Positions 29,044-39,900 of a stretch of 64,000 nucleotides of DNA are shown one piece after another. Both the position numbers and the translations under genes were made by a program. Under the pieces are notes generated by a model, which did not search any database, was not told the origin of the DNA, and saw only the letters and a program-made list of their open reading frames with translations. Position 1 is the stretch's first letter; each line of letters begins with the position of its first letter. Source of the stretch: a virus (taxonomy: Duplodnaviria; Caudoviricetes); the IMG/VR virus record IMGVR_UViG_3300003086_000115; one strand, written 5' to 3'.

Positions 29044-30162
29044 ATGCTAGATGCAATGAAACCGTTGCTCGACAGCGAACTTATTAACGAAGACACTCGT
29101 ATTGCTATCCAAGAAGAATGGGAAGCTAAAATGAATGAAACTCGTGAATCAGTTCGTAGTGAACTTCGAGAGGAGTTTGCTACTCGTTACGAGCACGACA
29201 AACAAACAATGGTAGAAGCTCTAGATCGCATGGTATCTGAAAGTCTTGAAGCAGAGATCACTGAAATTGCGGAAGAAAAAGCCGCTTTAACAGAAGATCG
29301 TGTTAAATTCCAAGGTAAGATGACTGAAAGTGCTACAAAGTTTAACAACTTTATGGTAACAAAGTTAGCTGAGGAAATTAAAGATTTGCGTGAAGATAGA
29401 CAGGTTCAAACAAAAGGTATGGCTAAATTAGAAGAGTTTGTTGTTAAAGCTCTTGCTAGAGAAATCAATGAATTCGCCCAAGACAAGAAGGAAGTAGTAG
29501 AAGCTAAAGTTCGTTTAGTTGCAGAAGCTAAAGAGAAACTTACTTCACTTAAAACTCGATTTGTTAAAGAGAGTTCAGCGAAAGTTAAATCTGTTGTTAC
29601 CAAGCGTTTACAAAGCGAACTATCACAGTTACATGAAGATGTAAAAGTTGCTCGTGAGAACAACTTTGGTCGTAGAATTTTTGAAGCATTTGCTACTGAA
29701 TTTACAGGTACTCATTTAAATGAGAATGCTGTTATTCGTGAGTTAAATCAAAAGTTAGATGATCGTGATAGCAAGCTTCAAGAAGCTAGAGTAGTAATTA
29801 ATAAAGCGAAAGTTTTAGTTGAAGAAAAGAATCATGAAGTAAAAATGATTCAAGAAAGCACTAAGCGTGTAGCAGTTATGGAAGACTTGTTAGGTCCTTT
29901 GCAAAGAGACAAAGCAGAAGTTATGCAGAACTTGCTAGAAAACGTCCAAACTAATCGTTTACAAAGTACATTCGAGAAATATTTACCAGCAGTTCTTGCT
30001 AATAAGTCAAGTGCACCTGCACAAAGACGTAAGCAACCTTTAACAGAGGGTGTTAAGAAAGAAGTAACTGGTAATAAAAGTAAAAATGACATGCAGTCAA
30101 CAGATGATAACGGTGTTATCGATCTTAGACGTTTAGCAGGTCTTTCAAATAGTGATTTTTAG
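29044..30162 (+). CDS. gp22: Prohead scaffold protein (gp22-like)
   Basis: Coiled-coil protein between protease and MCP; FGRRIFEAF. Confidence 0.8.
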   Translation: MLDAMKPLLDSELINEDTRIAIQEEWEAKMNETRESVRSELREEFATRYEHDKQTMVEALDRMVSESLEAEITEIAEEKAALTEDRVKFQGKMTESATKFNNFMVTKLAEEIKDLREDRQVQTKGMAKLEEFVVKALAREINEFAQDKKEVVEAKVRLVAEAKEKLTSLKTRFVKESSAKVKSVVTKRLQSELSQLHEDVKVARENNFGRRIFEAFATEFTGTHLNENAVIRELNQKLDDRDSKLQEARVVINKAKVLVEEKNHEVKMIQESTKRVAVMEDLLGPLQRDKAEVMQNLLENVQTNRLQSTFEKYLPAVLANKSSAPAQRRKQPLTEGVKKEVTGNKSKNDMQSTDDNGVIDLRRLAGLSNSDF

Positions 30163-30171
30163 GAGATAAAG

Positions 30172-31371
30172 ATGTCACAACAATTAATAGAAGGTCGTTG
30201 GAGCGAAACAAAAGACGCTCTAATGGAAGGTTTAAGCGGTACTCGACGTAGTTCGATGAGTGTAATCTTAGAGAACACTCGCAGATACTTGTCAGAGAGC
30301 GCAACAGGCGGCGCAACATCAGCTGGTAACGTAGCTACACTTAACCGTGTAATTTTACCAGTAATTCGACGTGTAATGCCTACTGTAATTGCTAACGAAC
30401 TAGTCGGTGTACAGCCAATGACTGGTCCAGTTAGTCAAATTCATACATTACGTGTACGTTATTCAGACTCAATGGATGGTTCAGGTATTCCTGGTGATGC
30501 TACAAGCACAACAGCAGGCGATGAAGCATTAAGTCCGTTTAAGATAGCACAAGCGTATTCATCAGGTCCTACGGGTAGTAACCCAACTGACCATTTAGCG
30601 GCAGCAACATCGGCGTTAGAAGGCAGTGGCGGACGTAAGATGAGTGTACAGCTTTTAAAGCAAGCTGTTGAAGCTAAGACACGTAAGTTACAAGCACGTT
30701 GGACTTTTGAAGCGGCACAAGATGCTAATTCAATGCATGGTATTGACGTTGAAGCAGAAATTATGGCGGCGTTAGCGCAAGAGATTACTGCTGAAATTGA
30801 TCAAGAGATTTTACTATCTCTACGTTCATTAGCAAGTACTGAAGCGGCATATAACCAAGCAACTGTAAGTGGTACAGCTACTTTCGTTGGTGATGAGCAT
30901 GCGGCATTAGCTGTTTTAATTAACAGAGTTGCTAACTTAATTGCACAACGTACAAGACGTGGTGCTGGTAACTGGGCAGTATGTAGCCCAGAGTCGTTAA
31001 CGATTTTACAATCTGCAACTACTTCAGCATTTGCTCGTACTACTGAAGGTACATTTGAAGCACCTACTAACACTAAGTTAGTTGGTACATTAAATAGTGC
31101 TATGAAAGTGTATGTTGATTCATATGCGGCTGATTCACAAGCAGTACTTATTGGTTATAAAGGTTCTAGCGAATCTGATGCACCTGCATTCTACTGTCCG
31201 TACATCCCGTTAATGAGTTCTGGTACAGTACTTGATCCAAGTACTTTTGAGCCAGTTGTATCATTTATGACACGTTACGGTTACATTGAGCTTACTAACA
31301 CAGCAAGTTCATTCGGTAACGCTGGTGACTACTTAGGTGAAGTATCAATTACAAACGTTTCGTTCTCATAA
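30172..31371 (+). CDS. gp23: Major capsid protein
   Basis: VIRRVMPTVIANELVGVQPMTGP, EAKTRKLQARWT, AEIDQEI, FYCPYIPL, FMTRYG. Confidence 0.97.
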   Translation: MSQQLIEGRWSETKDALMEGLSGTRRSSMSVILENTRRYLSESATGGATSAGNVATLNRVILPVIRRVMPTVIANELVGVQPMTGPVSQIHTLRVRYSDSMDGSGIPGDATSTTAGDEALSPFKIAQAYSSGPTGSNPTDHLAAATSALEGSGGRKMSVQLLKQAVEAKTRKLQARWTFEAAQDANSMHGIDVEAEIMAALAQEITAEIDQEILLSLRSLASTEAAYNQATVSGTATFVGDEHAALAVLINRVANLIAQRTRRGAGNWAVCSPESLTILQSATTSAFARTTEGTFEAPTNTKLVGTLNSAMKVYVDSYAADSQAVLIGYKGSSESDAPAFYCPYIPLMSSGTVLDPSTFEPVVSFMTRYGYIELTNTASSFGNAGDYLGEVSITNVSFS

Positions 31372-31388
31372 GAACTTAACGCTGTAAG

Positions 31389-31414
31389 AAAAGGGCCTTA
31401 ATTGGTCCTTTTTT
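31389..31414 (+). terminator. Intrinsic terminator after MCP
   Basis: aaaagggcc-ttaatt-ggtcc followed by T-run. Confidence 0.8.
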
Positions 31415-31446
31415 ATTGGTTAAAATATCTTTTAGTAAATATACGC

Positions 31447-32205
31447 ATGTGGGAACAACAGCAATTTTTATATAATTCGAGTACTAAAACATCTTGGGAC
31501 CAAGAACTGTTTTATAGTGAGATGTATCCACCTAATATGACTGTTAGTTGGCTTGATACTGATATTCCTAAAAGTGCAGTTTATGAGAAAGATATAGAGT
31601 ACACATTTAACGAGTACGGGTTTCGTTCAGATAGTTTCACTAACCGTTCAGAGATTAATATATTAACGTGCGGATGTAGCCAAACCGTTGGTATAGGTGT
31701 AAACTATCACGAAGCATGGCCTTTTGTATTGAAACACTTAGTAAATAGATACACAGATAAATCAGTTACTGTATGGAATCTAGCAACTAGCGGAGCGAGC
31801 CCAGATTATGTAGTAAGATCAATACATAAGACAAGTAGTATATTAAAGCCTGATTTTGTTTGTGTATTTTGGCCACCTATTACTAGGATAGAAGTACCAT
31901 ATATGCACAATAATAGTAAAGTAACACAATCGTTTATAAGAAATAAAGACTTTCCTAAAGAATTTGTCGACGAAGCATGGCTACAAGATTACTTATACCA
32001 AAAGAATTTAATTTTAGCAAAATCAATATGTGAAGTAAATAAAACTAAATTTATATCAAACGTAGTTACAGAATCTATAGTTGAAAACATAGAAGGTGAT
32101 TATTTTCCTGCAGATTCAGAAGCAAGAGATGGACTACACCCCGGTCCTAATTGGCATAGATCTGGAGCGGAATACTATTTCAATTTTATTAAGGAAAATA
32201 TATAA
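31447..32205 (+). CDS. SGNH/GDSL-like hydrolase or acyltransferase (start MWEQQ)
   Basis: Block I GCSQT, block II NLATSGAS, block V DGLHPG. Confidence 0.65.
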   Translation: MWEQQQFLYNSSTKTSWDQELFYSEMYPPNMTVSWLDTDIPKSAVYEKDIEYTFNEYGFRSDSFTNRSEINILTCGCSQTVGIGVNYHEAWPFVLKHLVNRYTDKSVTVWNLATSGASPDYVVRSIHKTSSILKPDFVCVFWPPITRIEVPYMHNNSKVTQSFIRNKDFPKEFVDEAWLQDYLYQKNLILAKSICEVNKTKFISNVVTESIVENIEGDYFPADSEARDGLHPGPNWHRSGAEYYFNFIKENI

Positions 32206-32852
32206 TGGGAAGATTTAAAGTTACACCAGAAACAGAAAAAATACATTGTCGTGTAAAAATAAGTGATAATCCTGAGGCAGATGGAACAATTCTTCGTCAA
32301 AAAGGCACAACACGATTTATAGTAACAGATGGCACTAATACAGGTGTATGTCTTGTGTCGGACTCAGAAGATGATAATCTAATAGAGAATACAATGACGT
32401 TATCTGTTATTAAGAATGACGGCACAATTATTAGGGTTGAACAGTTTAATAACAAGTTTGCAATTGATTTTGATAAGAATCGGTATTTCTTAAGAGATGA
32501 TATCGATGTAGGAATACATGAAAATGTAACTACAGTTACTGATGACATTAAACAAGAATTACGACAGTCGGACAAAACTGTTAAAGTTAACGCACCTAGT
32601 AAAGTTAAAGCAGTAGAGAAGAGTGTTAAATCTAAACCTAAAAGAATAGCTACTGATCCTACAAGAATGAATAAAGAGTTATTACAGGAGCACGGTAAAT
32701 CGTTAGGTATAGACTTAGATACTAGCAAAACTAAAAAAGATATGCTTGTTGATTTAAAAGAATTTCAAAATTCCGCAAAAGAAGTTATTCAAGATGATAT
32801 GTTCGTAATAACTGATGAGTCTAGGTTTTTTGTTGCTACTGATCTAGAATAA
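32205..32852 (+). CDS. Hypothetical protein; N-terminus resembles the next gene's C-domain, C-terminus resembles a Rho-N/HeH motif
   Basis: ILRQKGTTRFIVTDG vs IISQKGSKSFRVTTSDG; NKELLQEHGKSLGIDLDTSKTKKDML. Confidence 0.45.
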   Translation: MGRFKVTPETEKIHCRVKISDNPEADGTILRQKGTTRFIVTDGTNTGVCLVSDSEDDNLIENTMTLSVIKNDGTIIRVEQFNNKFAIDFDKNRYFLRDDIDVGIHENVTTVTDDIKQELRQSDKTVKVNAPSKVKAVEKSVKSKPKRIATDPTRMNKELLQEHGKSLGIDLDTSKTKKDMLVDLKEFQNSAKEVIQDDMFVITDESRFFVATDLE

Positions 32853-32939
32853 ATATAGTTATGCTCCAATAGGTGGAGCATTTATGCAGATACCCTCTGC
32901 GTAAGTCATAGAACGACTTTTTTTAAGGAGTAGAAAAAA

Positions 32940-33581
32940 ATGGGTAGACCTTTAAATAAAAAACATTTCGGTAATACTAATGCTGATAACGTAGCTGGCG
33001 AAGGTATTGCAAGTATAGCAGTTAACGTTGCAGGTACTACATACGTAGCAGGCAATGCGGCAACAATTAGTGCACCGAATATAACAGGCGGAACACAAGC
33101 AGTAGCTGAAGTAGCAACTGTAGATGGTAGTGGTTTAATTTTAACAATTACAGTAACTACAGCAGGTAGTGGCTATACTTCGGCACCAACAGTGACATTT
33201 GCAGGTGGCGATGCCGCTGGTACAGGTACAGCAACAGTAGCAACAACAGCAACAGATGGAATAACATTTGAAGCATTTGTTACTGGTGGTAGTAATGTAA
33301 CAAACGGTGATATTATTTCACAAAAAGGTAGTAAAAGCTTTAGAGTAACTACTTCAGACGGAACTGAAAAGCTAATACTAAGTACATCAGTCCCAGTAGC
33401 GGGTAAAATGAGAATCAAAGGAACAGATTCTGCAGGCGGTACTTATTTTATTAGTAAAATCTCAGGAAGAACTTGTACAGTAACACAAGGTACAGGTACT
33501 CAGTTTGCAACAGATGCTAAAGTTGGTTGGAACTTAACAACTGCGGTATTAGACGAAAGTATTGTACTTGATAACGGTTAA
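32940..33581 (+). CDS. Virion structural / decoration protein
   Basis: Thr/Gly/Ala-rich; ITVTTAGSGYTSAPTVTF motif; late promoter, strong SD and own terminator. Confidence 0.6.
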   Translation: MGRPLNKKHFGNTNADNVAGEGIASIAVNVAGTTYVAGNAATISAPNITGGTQAVAEVATVDGSGLILTITVTTAGSGYTSAPTVTFAGGDAAGTGTATVATTATDGITFEAFVTGGSNVTNGDIISQKGSKSFRVTTSDGTEKLILSTSVPVAGKMRIKGTDSAGGTYFISKISGRTCTVTQGTGTQFATDAKVGWNLTTAVLDESIVLDNG

Positions 33582-33592
33582 TTTTTAAAAAT

Positions 33593-33635
33593 AAAAAACC
33601 CTTTACAGATACCAGCTATTGTAAAGGGTTTTTTT
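33593..33635 (+). terminator. Intrinsic terminator
   Basis: aaaaaaccctttaca...tgtaaagggttttttt. Confidence 0.8.
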
Positions 33636-33721
33636 GTGGCTGTAGTATCTAAAAAGTTATCTATATTAGTAAATGCTAATATAAATACACACTTAATTAT
33701 ATTACTAAAGAGAAGTGTAAA

Positions 33722-33997
33722 ATGAAAAATAAGATTTTTAGAGTAGTGTTAGTGTTGACTTTGTTGTTTTCTAACATAGCACATTCAGGTGCTGAAATTG
33801 TTGTTAATTTAACAACCGGAGAAGAATTTAAATGGCAGTTTATGGATATGGAAGATGCAAGCGATTTTTTAGCAGATAGAATTGAGTCTGGTAGATGCAG
33901 TCCTAAGATTAATAGTGTTACTATTAGGAGTGTTTACATTGATGGTATTGATGACGAATACACCTGGTACCATAGTGTAGATAAAACAGAATTTTAG
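33722..33997 (+). CDS. Small exported protein with a signal peptide
   Basis: MKNKIFRVVLVLTLLFSNIAHSG; exact TATAAATA at 33680-33687. Confidence 0.6.
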   Translation: MKNKIFRVVLVLTLLFSNIAHSGAEIVVNLTTGEEFKWQFMDMEDASDFLADRIESGRCSPKINSVTIRSVYIDGIDDEYTWYHSVDKTEF

Positions 33998-34052
33998 TTT
34001 TCTCTGAATTCTTAAATCAAATAAATAGTATAAACTGATTTTAAGGTAAGTT

Positions 34053-34805
34053 ATGGCTCTAACAAAACGAATTGATGGTATTTATAGTATTGCAACACTT
34101 ACTCCAGGTACTACTGTAATAGGCAGTAGTATGAGCGTTGATACAGGCACGTTGACAATCAATGGCAATTTAGTTGTAACAGGCACAAGTACCGCAGTTG
34201 AATCTGTTGACATGACGATCGATGATCATGTTATTAATTTAAATGATGGCGAAACTGGCGCAGGTGTTACAGCATCTGAAGTATGGGGTGCTGAAATACC
34301 TGCTAGTTCTGTAGCATCGTCAGGCATTAGGATTAAGCGCGGCACAAATAATGATGTTGGAATACGATACAACGAAAGTACAACTACGTGGCAAATAACA
34401 AATGATGGCATTACCTGGAATGATATAGTATCAGGTGTTATTACAGCTATAGATCATGTGCATGAAGATGTAAGTCCGTCTTTAGGCGGAAACTTAGATG
34501 TAAATGGATGGAAGATTGTTAGCAACGCAGGTCAAGATACTAACTCTAACAGTACAACAGATACACTTGATATTACTATTTCCCCAGTAGCATCTGGAGA
34601 ATTTAGAGTTGATAGTGATTCAACTACTGGTAGTGGTATTAGTGTCCAAGAACAAGCAAGTGACCCTAGCTCAATAGCAGGATATAATAAAGTTTATGCT
34701 AAAACACCGTCAACAGGTGGATCTGGTGTATTCTTTACAAACACAACCGAAACAGACGAATTAGTATCAAAAACTAAAGCGATAGTTTTTGGAATAGTAT
34801 TTTAG
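34053..34805 (+). CDS. Virion fibre/structural protein
   Basis: Beta-rich; GNLVVTGTSTAVES and SPSLGGNLDVNG motifs. Confidence 0.6.
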   Translation: MALTKRIDGIYSIATLTPGTTVIGSSMSVDTGTLTINGNLVVTGTSTAVESVDMTIDDHVINLNDGETGAGVTASEVWGAEIPASSVASSGIRIKRGTNNDVGIRYNESTTTWQITNDGITWNDIVSGVITAIDHVHEDVSPSLGGNLDVNGWKIVSNAGQDTNSNSTTDTLDITISPVASGEFRVDSDSTTGSGISVQEQASDPSSIAGYNKVYAKTPSTGGSGVFFTNTTETDELVSKTKAIVFGIVF

Positions 34806-34815
34806 GAAATAACAT

Positions 34816-35130
34816 ATGGCAATTACAACACAAGCAGTAGCAAATTCAAATACCACAATTTATACCAGTACAAATGATACTGCTGTAACTTTTTTATCAC
34901 TGTGCAATCATACAGGAGTATCTGTAACAGTTGATGTAAATCTTGTCCCAAGCGGTGATGGGGTATCAGATGCTAATATATTTTTAGATGCATTAACGAT
35001 TAATGCTAATGATACCTATATTATATACCAAGGTGGCGAAAAGATACTCTTTAGCAACGGCGACTTTGTAAACGTAATTGCCGATACCGCATCGTCTATT
35101 ACCGCAATTACAAGCTTTATTGAGATCTAG
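34816..35130 (+). CDS. Small virion structural protein
   Basis: Compact beta-rich ORF in the fibre operon, with SD. Confidence 0.6.
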   Translation: MAITTQAVANSNTTIYTSTNDTAVTFLSLCNHTGVSVTVDVNLVPSGDGVSDANIFLDALTINANDTYIIYQGGEKILFSNGDFVNVIADTASSITAITSFIEI

Positions 35131-35131
35131 T

Positions 35132-35560
35132 GTGGGATACTACGTTAAGAATCGTGAAACAAACACAAATAACCTTAGTAATGCAATAAGAATTCCTGCC
35201 GGTGCCTCTATTGAGCGTCCGACTAGTCCGATTTTTGGACAGATAAGATTTAACACAACTGTTGCGTGTGTTGAGTTTTATGATGGAACATTATGGACAT
35301 GCCTTACTAAGCACGGCAATACTGAACTTGCAGTAGATTCGTTCACAGGTGACGGCAGTACAACAGTATTCACACCAATGACAAACGTGATAGCCGCTAG
35401 CGATAATGATCAAATACTAGTGTTTGTAGGTAACATTTATCAAATACCTACAACAAACTACACAACTAACGGAACGTCAGATATTACGTTTACATCAGCA
35501 CCAGGAAACGGACTTCCTATTAATGTTATTCATAACTTAAACAGTACAACAGTAACATAA
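35132..35560 (+). CDS. Fibre-associated protein (GTG start, MGYYVKNR)
   Basis: IPAGASIERP...GQIRFNT and FTGDGSTTVF modules shared with downstream fibres. Confidence 0.65.
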   Translation: MGYYVKNRETNTNNLSNAIRIPAGASIERPTSPIFGQIRFNTTVACVEFYDGTLWTCLTKHGNTELAVDSFTGDGSTTVFTPMTNVIAASDNDQILVFVGNIYQIPTTNYTTNGTSDITFTSAPGNGLPINVIHNLNSTTVT

Positions 35561-36918
35561 TGGCTATTAGTAAACTAAAAGGTGAAATACTAGCAAGCAA
35601 CCTTACTAGAAACGGTGTTGACTTAGCGTTTGAGACGAATTTATTATATTTCGATGTTACTAATGATAGGATTGGTATTAACACATCGACTCCAAGCACC
35701 TCACTTGATGTTATTGGCAACGTGCAGATTAGTACTACGCTAAATGTTATTGGTGCAAGTACACTAGCAACAGCAAAAGTTTCAAATCTTACTTCGGGAA
35801 GAGTTGTTACTGCAGGCTTTGTAGGCGAGTTAGAAGACAGTGCATTGTTAACGTTTAATGGGACTATATTAGGTATTGCAAATATTTCGGCACCAAGTGG
35901 CGATTTAACTATTACAGCCCCAGGTAATATAAACCTTACTGCTGATAGTGACACTTCAGGTGGCGGGTTAGTAGATATCACAGGAACAGATGGTCTGAAT
36001 ATTCCAGACGGAACAACAGTAGAACGTCCGACAACAGGACTTACTGCAGGTGTTATACGATTTAATACTGACACTAATGCAGTAGAGGTGTATAATGGTA
36101 TAAGTTGGGTGTTAGTTGGTAGTACTGTTACTGGATTAATAACCCAATTAATTACTGGTGATGGTGGCACAGTTGCATTTACTTTAACACGAGCTTCAAG
36201 TGCAATAGCGTTGCTGGTTAGTACAAACGGTGTTATACAAGTTCCAAACGTAGATTACTCAACATCAGGAACAACACTTACATTTTCAGAAGCACCGTTA
36301 AGTTCAGATACAGTAGAATTGCGTTTTATTACAGCAACTACTAGTGTAGATGGAATTGCAGATGCGTTAGGAACAACTACAGTAAAAGCAACTACAAGTC
36401 AAGTAGATATTGAAATTGCTAGTACTAACGTGTTAACAATTGACAGTACTGCAATTAAACCAAAGACAGATATAATTCCGTATACTAATTCTACATATGA
36501 TTTAGGTAGTACTACTAAAAAATGGGATAATGTATACGCTACTTTATTTACAGGAACGTATGCAGATTTAGCAGAGATGTATGTTGCTGATGAAGATTAT
36601 GAGCCAGGCACAGTTGTATCAGTAGGCGGAGAGAAAGAGATTACAGCATCTAATTTGTTTAATTCACATTCAGTTGTTGGCGTTGTATCTAAAAATCCAG
36701 CGTATCTAATGAATGCTGAACAAGAAGACGGAACTCCAATTGCCTTAAAAGGAAAAGTTAAGGTAAAAATAATAGGATCTGTTAGAAAAGGCGATAGGTT
36801 AGCACCGTCAAATGTAGATGGATATGCTGTATCAAATAATCAACGAGAAGCATGGTCCTTTGCAATTTCGTTGGAAGATTCTAATGAAAATGGTACAGTA
36901 ACAGCAATTATTCTTTAG
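35560..36918 (+). CDS. Fibre protein with a C-terminal intramolecular chaperone / autocleavage domain (peptidase G2-like)
   Basis: YADLAEMY...GTVV...GVVSKNPAYLMN...IALKG. Confidence 0.75.
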   Translation: MAISKLKGEILASNLTRNGVDLAFETNLLYFDVTNDRIGINTSTPSTSLDVIGNVQISTTLNVIGASTLATAKVSNLTSGRVVTAGFVGELEDSALLTFNGTILGIANISAPSGDLTITAPGNINLTADSDTSGGGLVDITGTDGLNIPDGTTVERPTTGLTAGVIRFNTDTNAVEVYNGISWVLVGSTVTGLITQLITGDGGTVAFTLTRASSAIALLVSTNGVIQVPNVDYSTSGTTLTFSEAPLSSDTVELRFITATTSVDGIADALGTTTVKATTSQVDIEIASTNVLTIDSTAIKPKTDIIPYTNSTYDLGSTTKKWDNVYATLFTGTYADLAEMYVADEDYEPGTVVSVGGEKEITASNLFNSHSVVGVVSKNPAYLMNAEQEDGTPIALKGKVKVKIIGSVRKGDRLAPSNVDGYAVSNNQREAWSFAISLEDSNENGTVTAIIL

Positions 36919-36992
36919 GTTTTTTATATAAAACCAAAAATTATATTCTGAGTTTTTAATAAATAAGTGTAAGCTTAATTAGGGAGGCTCAT

Positions 36993-39900
36993 ATGGCAAT
37001 AACAAGAATAAAGAATAATCAAGTAACCACAGCGAGTGGCACTGGCACCGGCGATCTAGGTATCGACGGCTCAACTAAATTATGGGATCAGTCAGTTACT
37101 GATGCTAAATTAGTTGACAATTTAACATATAACTCAAGCCTTACTGTTACAGGTAACTTAACAGTACAAGGTACAACTACAACGATCGATACAACTAATA
37201 CACTTGTTGAAGATCCAATTATGGTTTTAGCGTCAAACCAAACAGGAGCAGGATCAGCTGACATCGGTTTCATCGGTGAACGTGGTGATAATACAAACGT
37301 TGCGTTTGTGTGGGACGAAAGCGCAGACTCTTTTGTTGCGATAACAACTTCGGATGCTGATTCAAATACAACTGTTACAGTTACTGACTATGCTGATATG
37401 CATGTTGGTGGTATAACAGCAGATGATAATGCTTCAGTTGGTGGTACACTAGCAGTAACAGGTGCAAGTACATTAACTGGTAATACAGCAATTGCAGGTA
37501 CGTTAGCAGTAACTGGTGCTACAACAATGTCAACTGCTTCAACAAGCGGTGCGGCTACAATAGGTAGTACATTAGGTGTTACAGGTGCTACAACTTTATC
37601 AAGTACGTTAGCAGTAAGTGGTGCGTCTACATTGTCAAGTACTTTAAACGTAAGTGGACTTGCTTCACTAGACGGTGGTATTGATGCTGATGGTGCATTT
37701 ACTGTTGCTAGTGCATTTACTGTTGCTAATGGCAGTGGTAACGTTGTTACTACTGGTACTTTAGCAGTAACAGGTGCTACAACAATGTCAACTGCTTCGA
37801 CAAGTGGTGAAGCTACGTTAGATAGTGCTGTTATTACTAACAATGCTACAGTAGGTGGTACTTTAGGCGTAACTGGTGCAACTTCTATGTCAACTGCTTC
37901 AACAAGTGGTGCGGCAACATTAAACAGTGCTGTTATTACTAATGGTGCAACGATTGGTACTACACTAGCAGTAACTGGCGAGAGTACTTTAGCAAGTGCT
38001 AAAGTAAGTGATTTAACAAGTGGCCGTGTTGTTTTAGCAGGCACTGCAGGTGCTATTGAAGACTCAGGAAACTTAACGTTTAGTGGCTCTGCATTAGCAG
38101 TAACTGGTACTGCTTCAGTATCAAGTAATGCTACAGTAGGTGGTACATTAGGTGTTACAGGTGCAACTACAATAACTGGTTTGCTTACCGCAAATGCAGG
38201 TATAGCAGTTGATTCTGATAAGTTTACAGTTGCTGATTCTACAGGTAATACAGCAATTGCAGGTACAATACTACAGTAGGTGGTACGTTAGCAGTAACAG
38301 GTGCTACAACAATAAGTGGTGCGTTAATAGCAAACGGTGGAATTACAGCACCGAGCTTTACTTCTAGTGCTAATACAATCATTGGTGGTACACTAGCAGT
38401 AACAGGTGCAACAACACTAAATGGAGATGTTACTTTAGGTGATGCTTCTGGTGATGATGTTACTGTTACAGGTACAGCAACATTTGCACAAAGTATTGCA
38501 ATGAGTGGCGGCTTTGTTGTTGCGGCTTCGCAAACAATTAATGCAGGTAGTAACAAAATTAATAACGTTACAGATCCTACAGCGGCACAAGATGCGGCTA
38601 CTAAAGCGTATGTTGATAACGCTTCATCAGCTGGTTTCACATTAAGTGATGGCACTACTGGACAAGTTATCTCAGGTGGCGACACTTTCCTAGTATCAGG
38701 CACAGCAAACGAAGTAAATGTTGCTGTAAGTGCTACTGACACGTTAACAATTGGTTTACCAGATAACGTTACAGTTGCTGGTGTATTAACAGTTACTGGA
38801 AACGGTACTGTTGGTGGAACATTCGCAGTAACTGGCGCACAAACGTTTACTGGTGCTACAACAATGTCAAGTAATGCTACAGTTGGTGGTACTTTACAAG
38901 TGAGTGGTGATACAACGTTAGATGGTAACTTAACAGTTAACGGTACAACTACTACGGTGAATTCAACTACAGTAAGTATTGATGATCCAATCTTTAACTT
39001 GGGTGGTGATACTGCTCCAAGTTCAGATGATAACTTAGACCGTGGTGTGATATTCCAATATCACAATGGTTCAGCGGCAAAGAAAGGTTTCTTTGGTATG
39101 GACGACAGTGCTTCTGAATTCGTTTACATCGCAGATGCAACAGATACTGCTTCAGTAATGAGTGGTTCTTTAGGTAACATGGCAATGGGTGGTTCACGTA
39201 ATACTGGAAACTCAACTATTGGCGGCACAAGCACAGTAACAGGTACAAGTACACTAACAGGTGCAGTAACTATGATAGCTTCGGCTACAATAGGAACTAC
39301 ATTAGGTGTTACAGGTGCTACAACTTTATCAAGTACGTTAGCAGTAGCAGGTGCAAGTACATTAACTGGTAATACTACAGTAGGTGGTACATTAGGTGTT
39401 ACAGGTGCTACGACGATGTCAAGTGCTAAAGTAAGTGATTTAACACCTGGACGTGTTGTTTTAGCAGGTACTGCAGGTGAAATTGAAGACTCAGGAAACT
39501 TAACGTTTGATGGATCTACACTAGCAGTAACAGGTTCTGCTTCAGTATCAATTAATGCTACAATTGGTGGTACGTTAGCAGTAACAGGTGCTACAACAAT
39601 AAGTGGTTTGCTTAACGCAAATGCAGGTATAGCAGTTGATTCTAATAAGTTTACAGTTGCTGATTCTACAGGTAATACAGCAATTGCAGGTACACTAGCA
39701 GTAACTGGTGCAACTTCTATGTCAACTGCTTCAACCTAATAGTGCTACAGTAGGAACTACATTAGGTGTTACAGGTGCTACAACTTTATCAAGTACGTTA
39801 GCAGTAAGTGGTGCTACCGGTGTTGATGGTGACTTTGATATTGCTACAAACAAGTTTACAGTAGCAAGTGCTTCAGGTAATACAGCAATTGCAGGTACGT

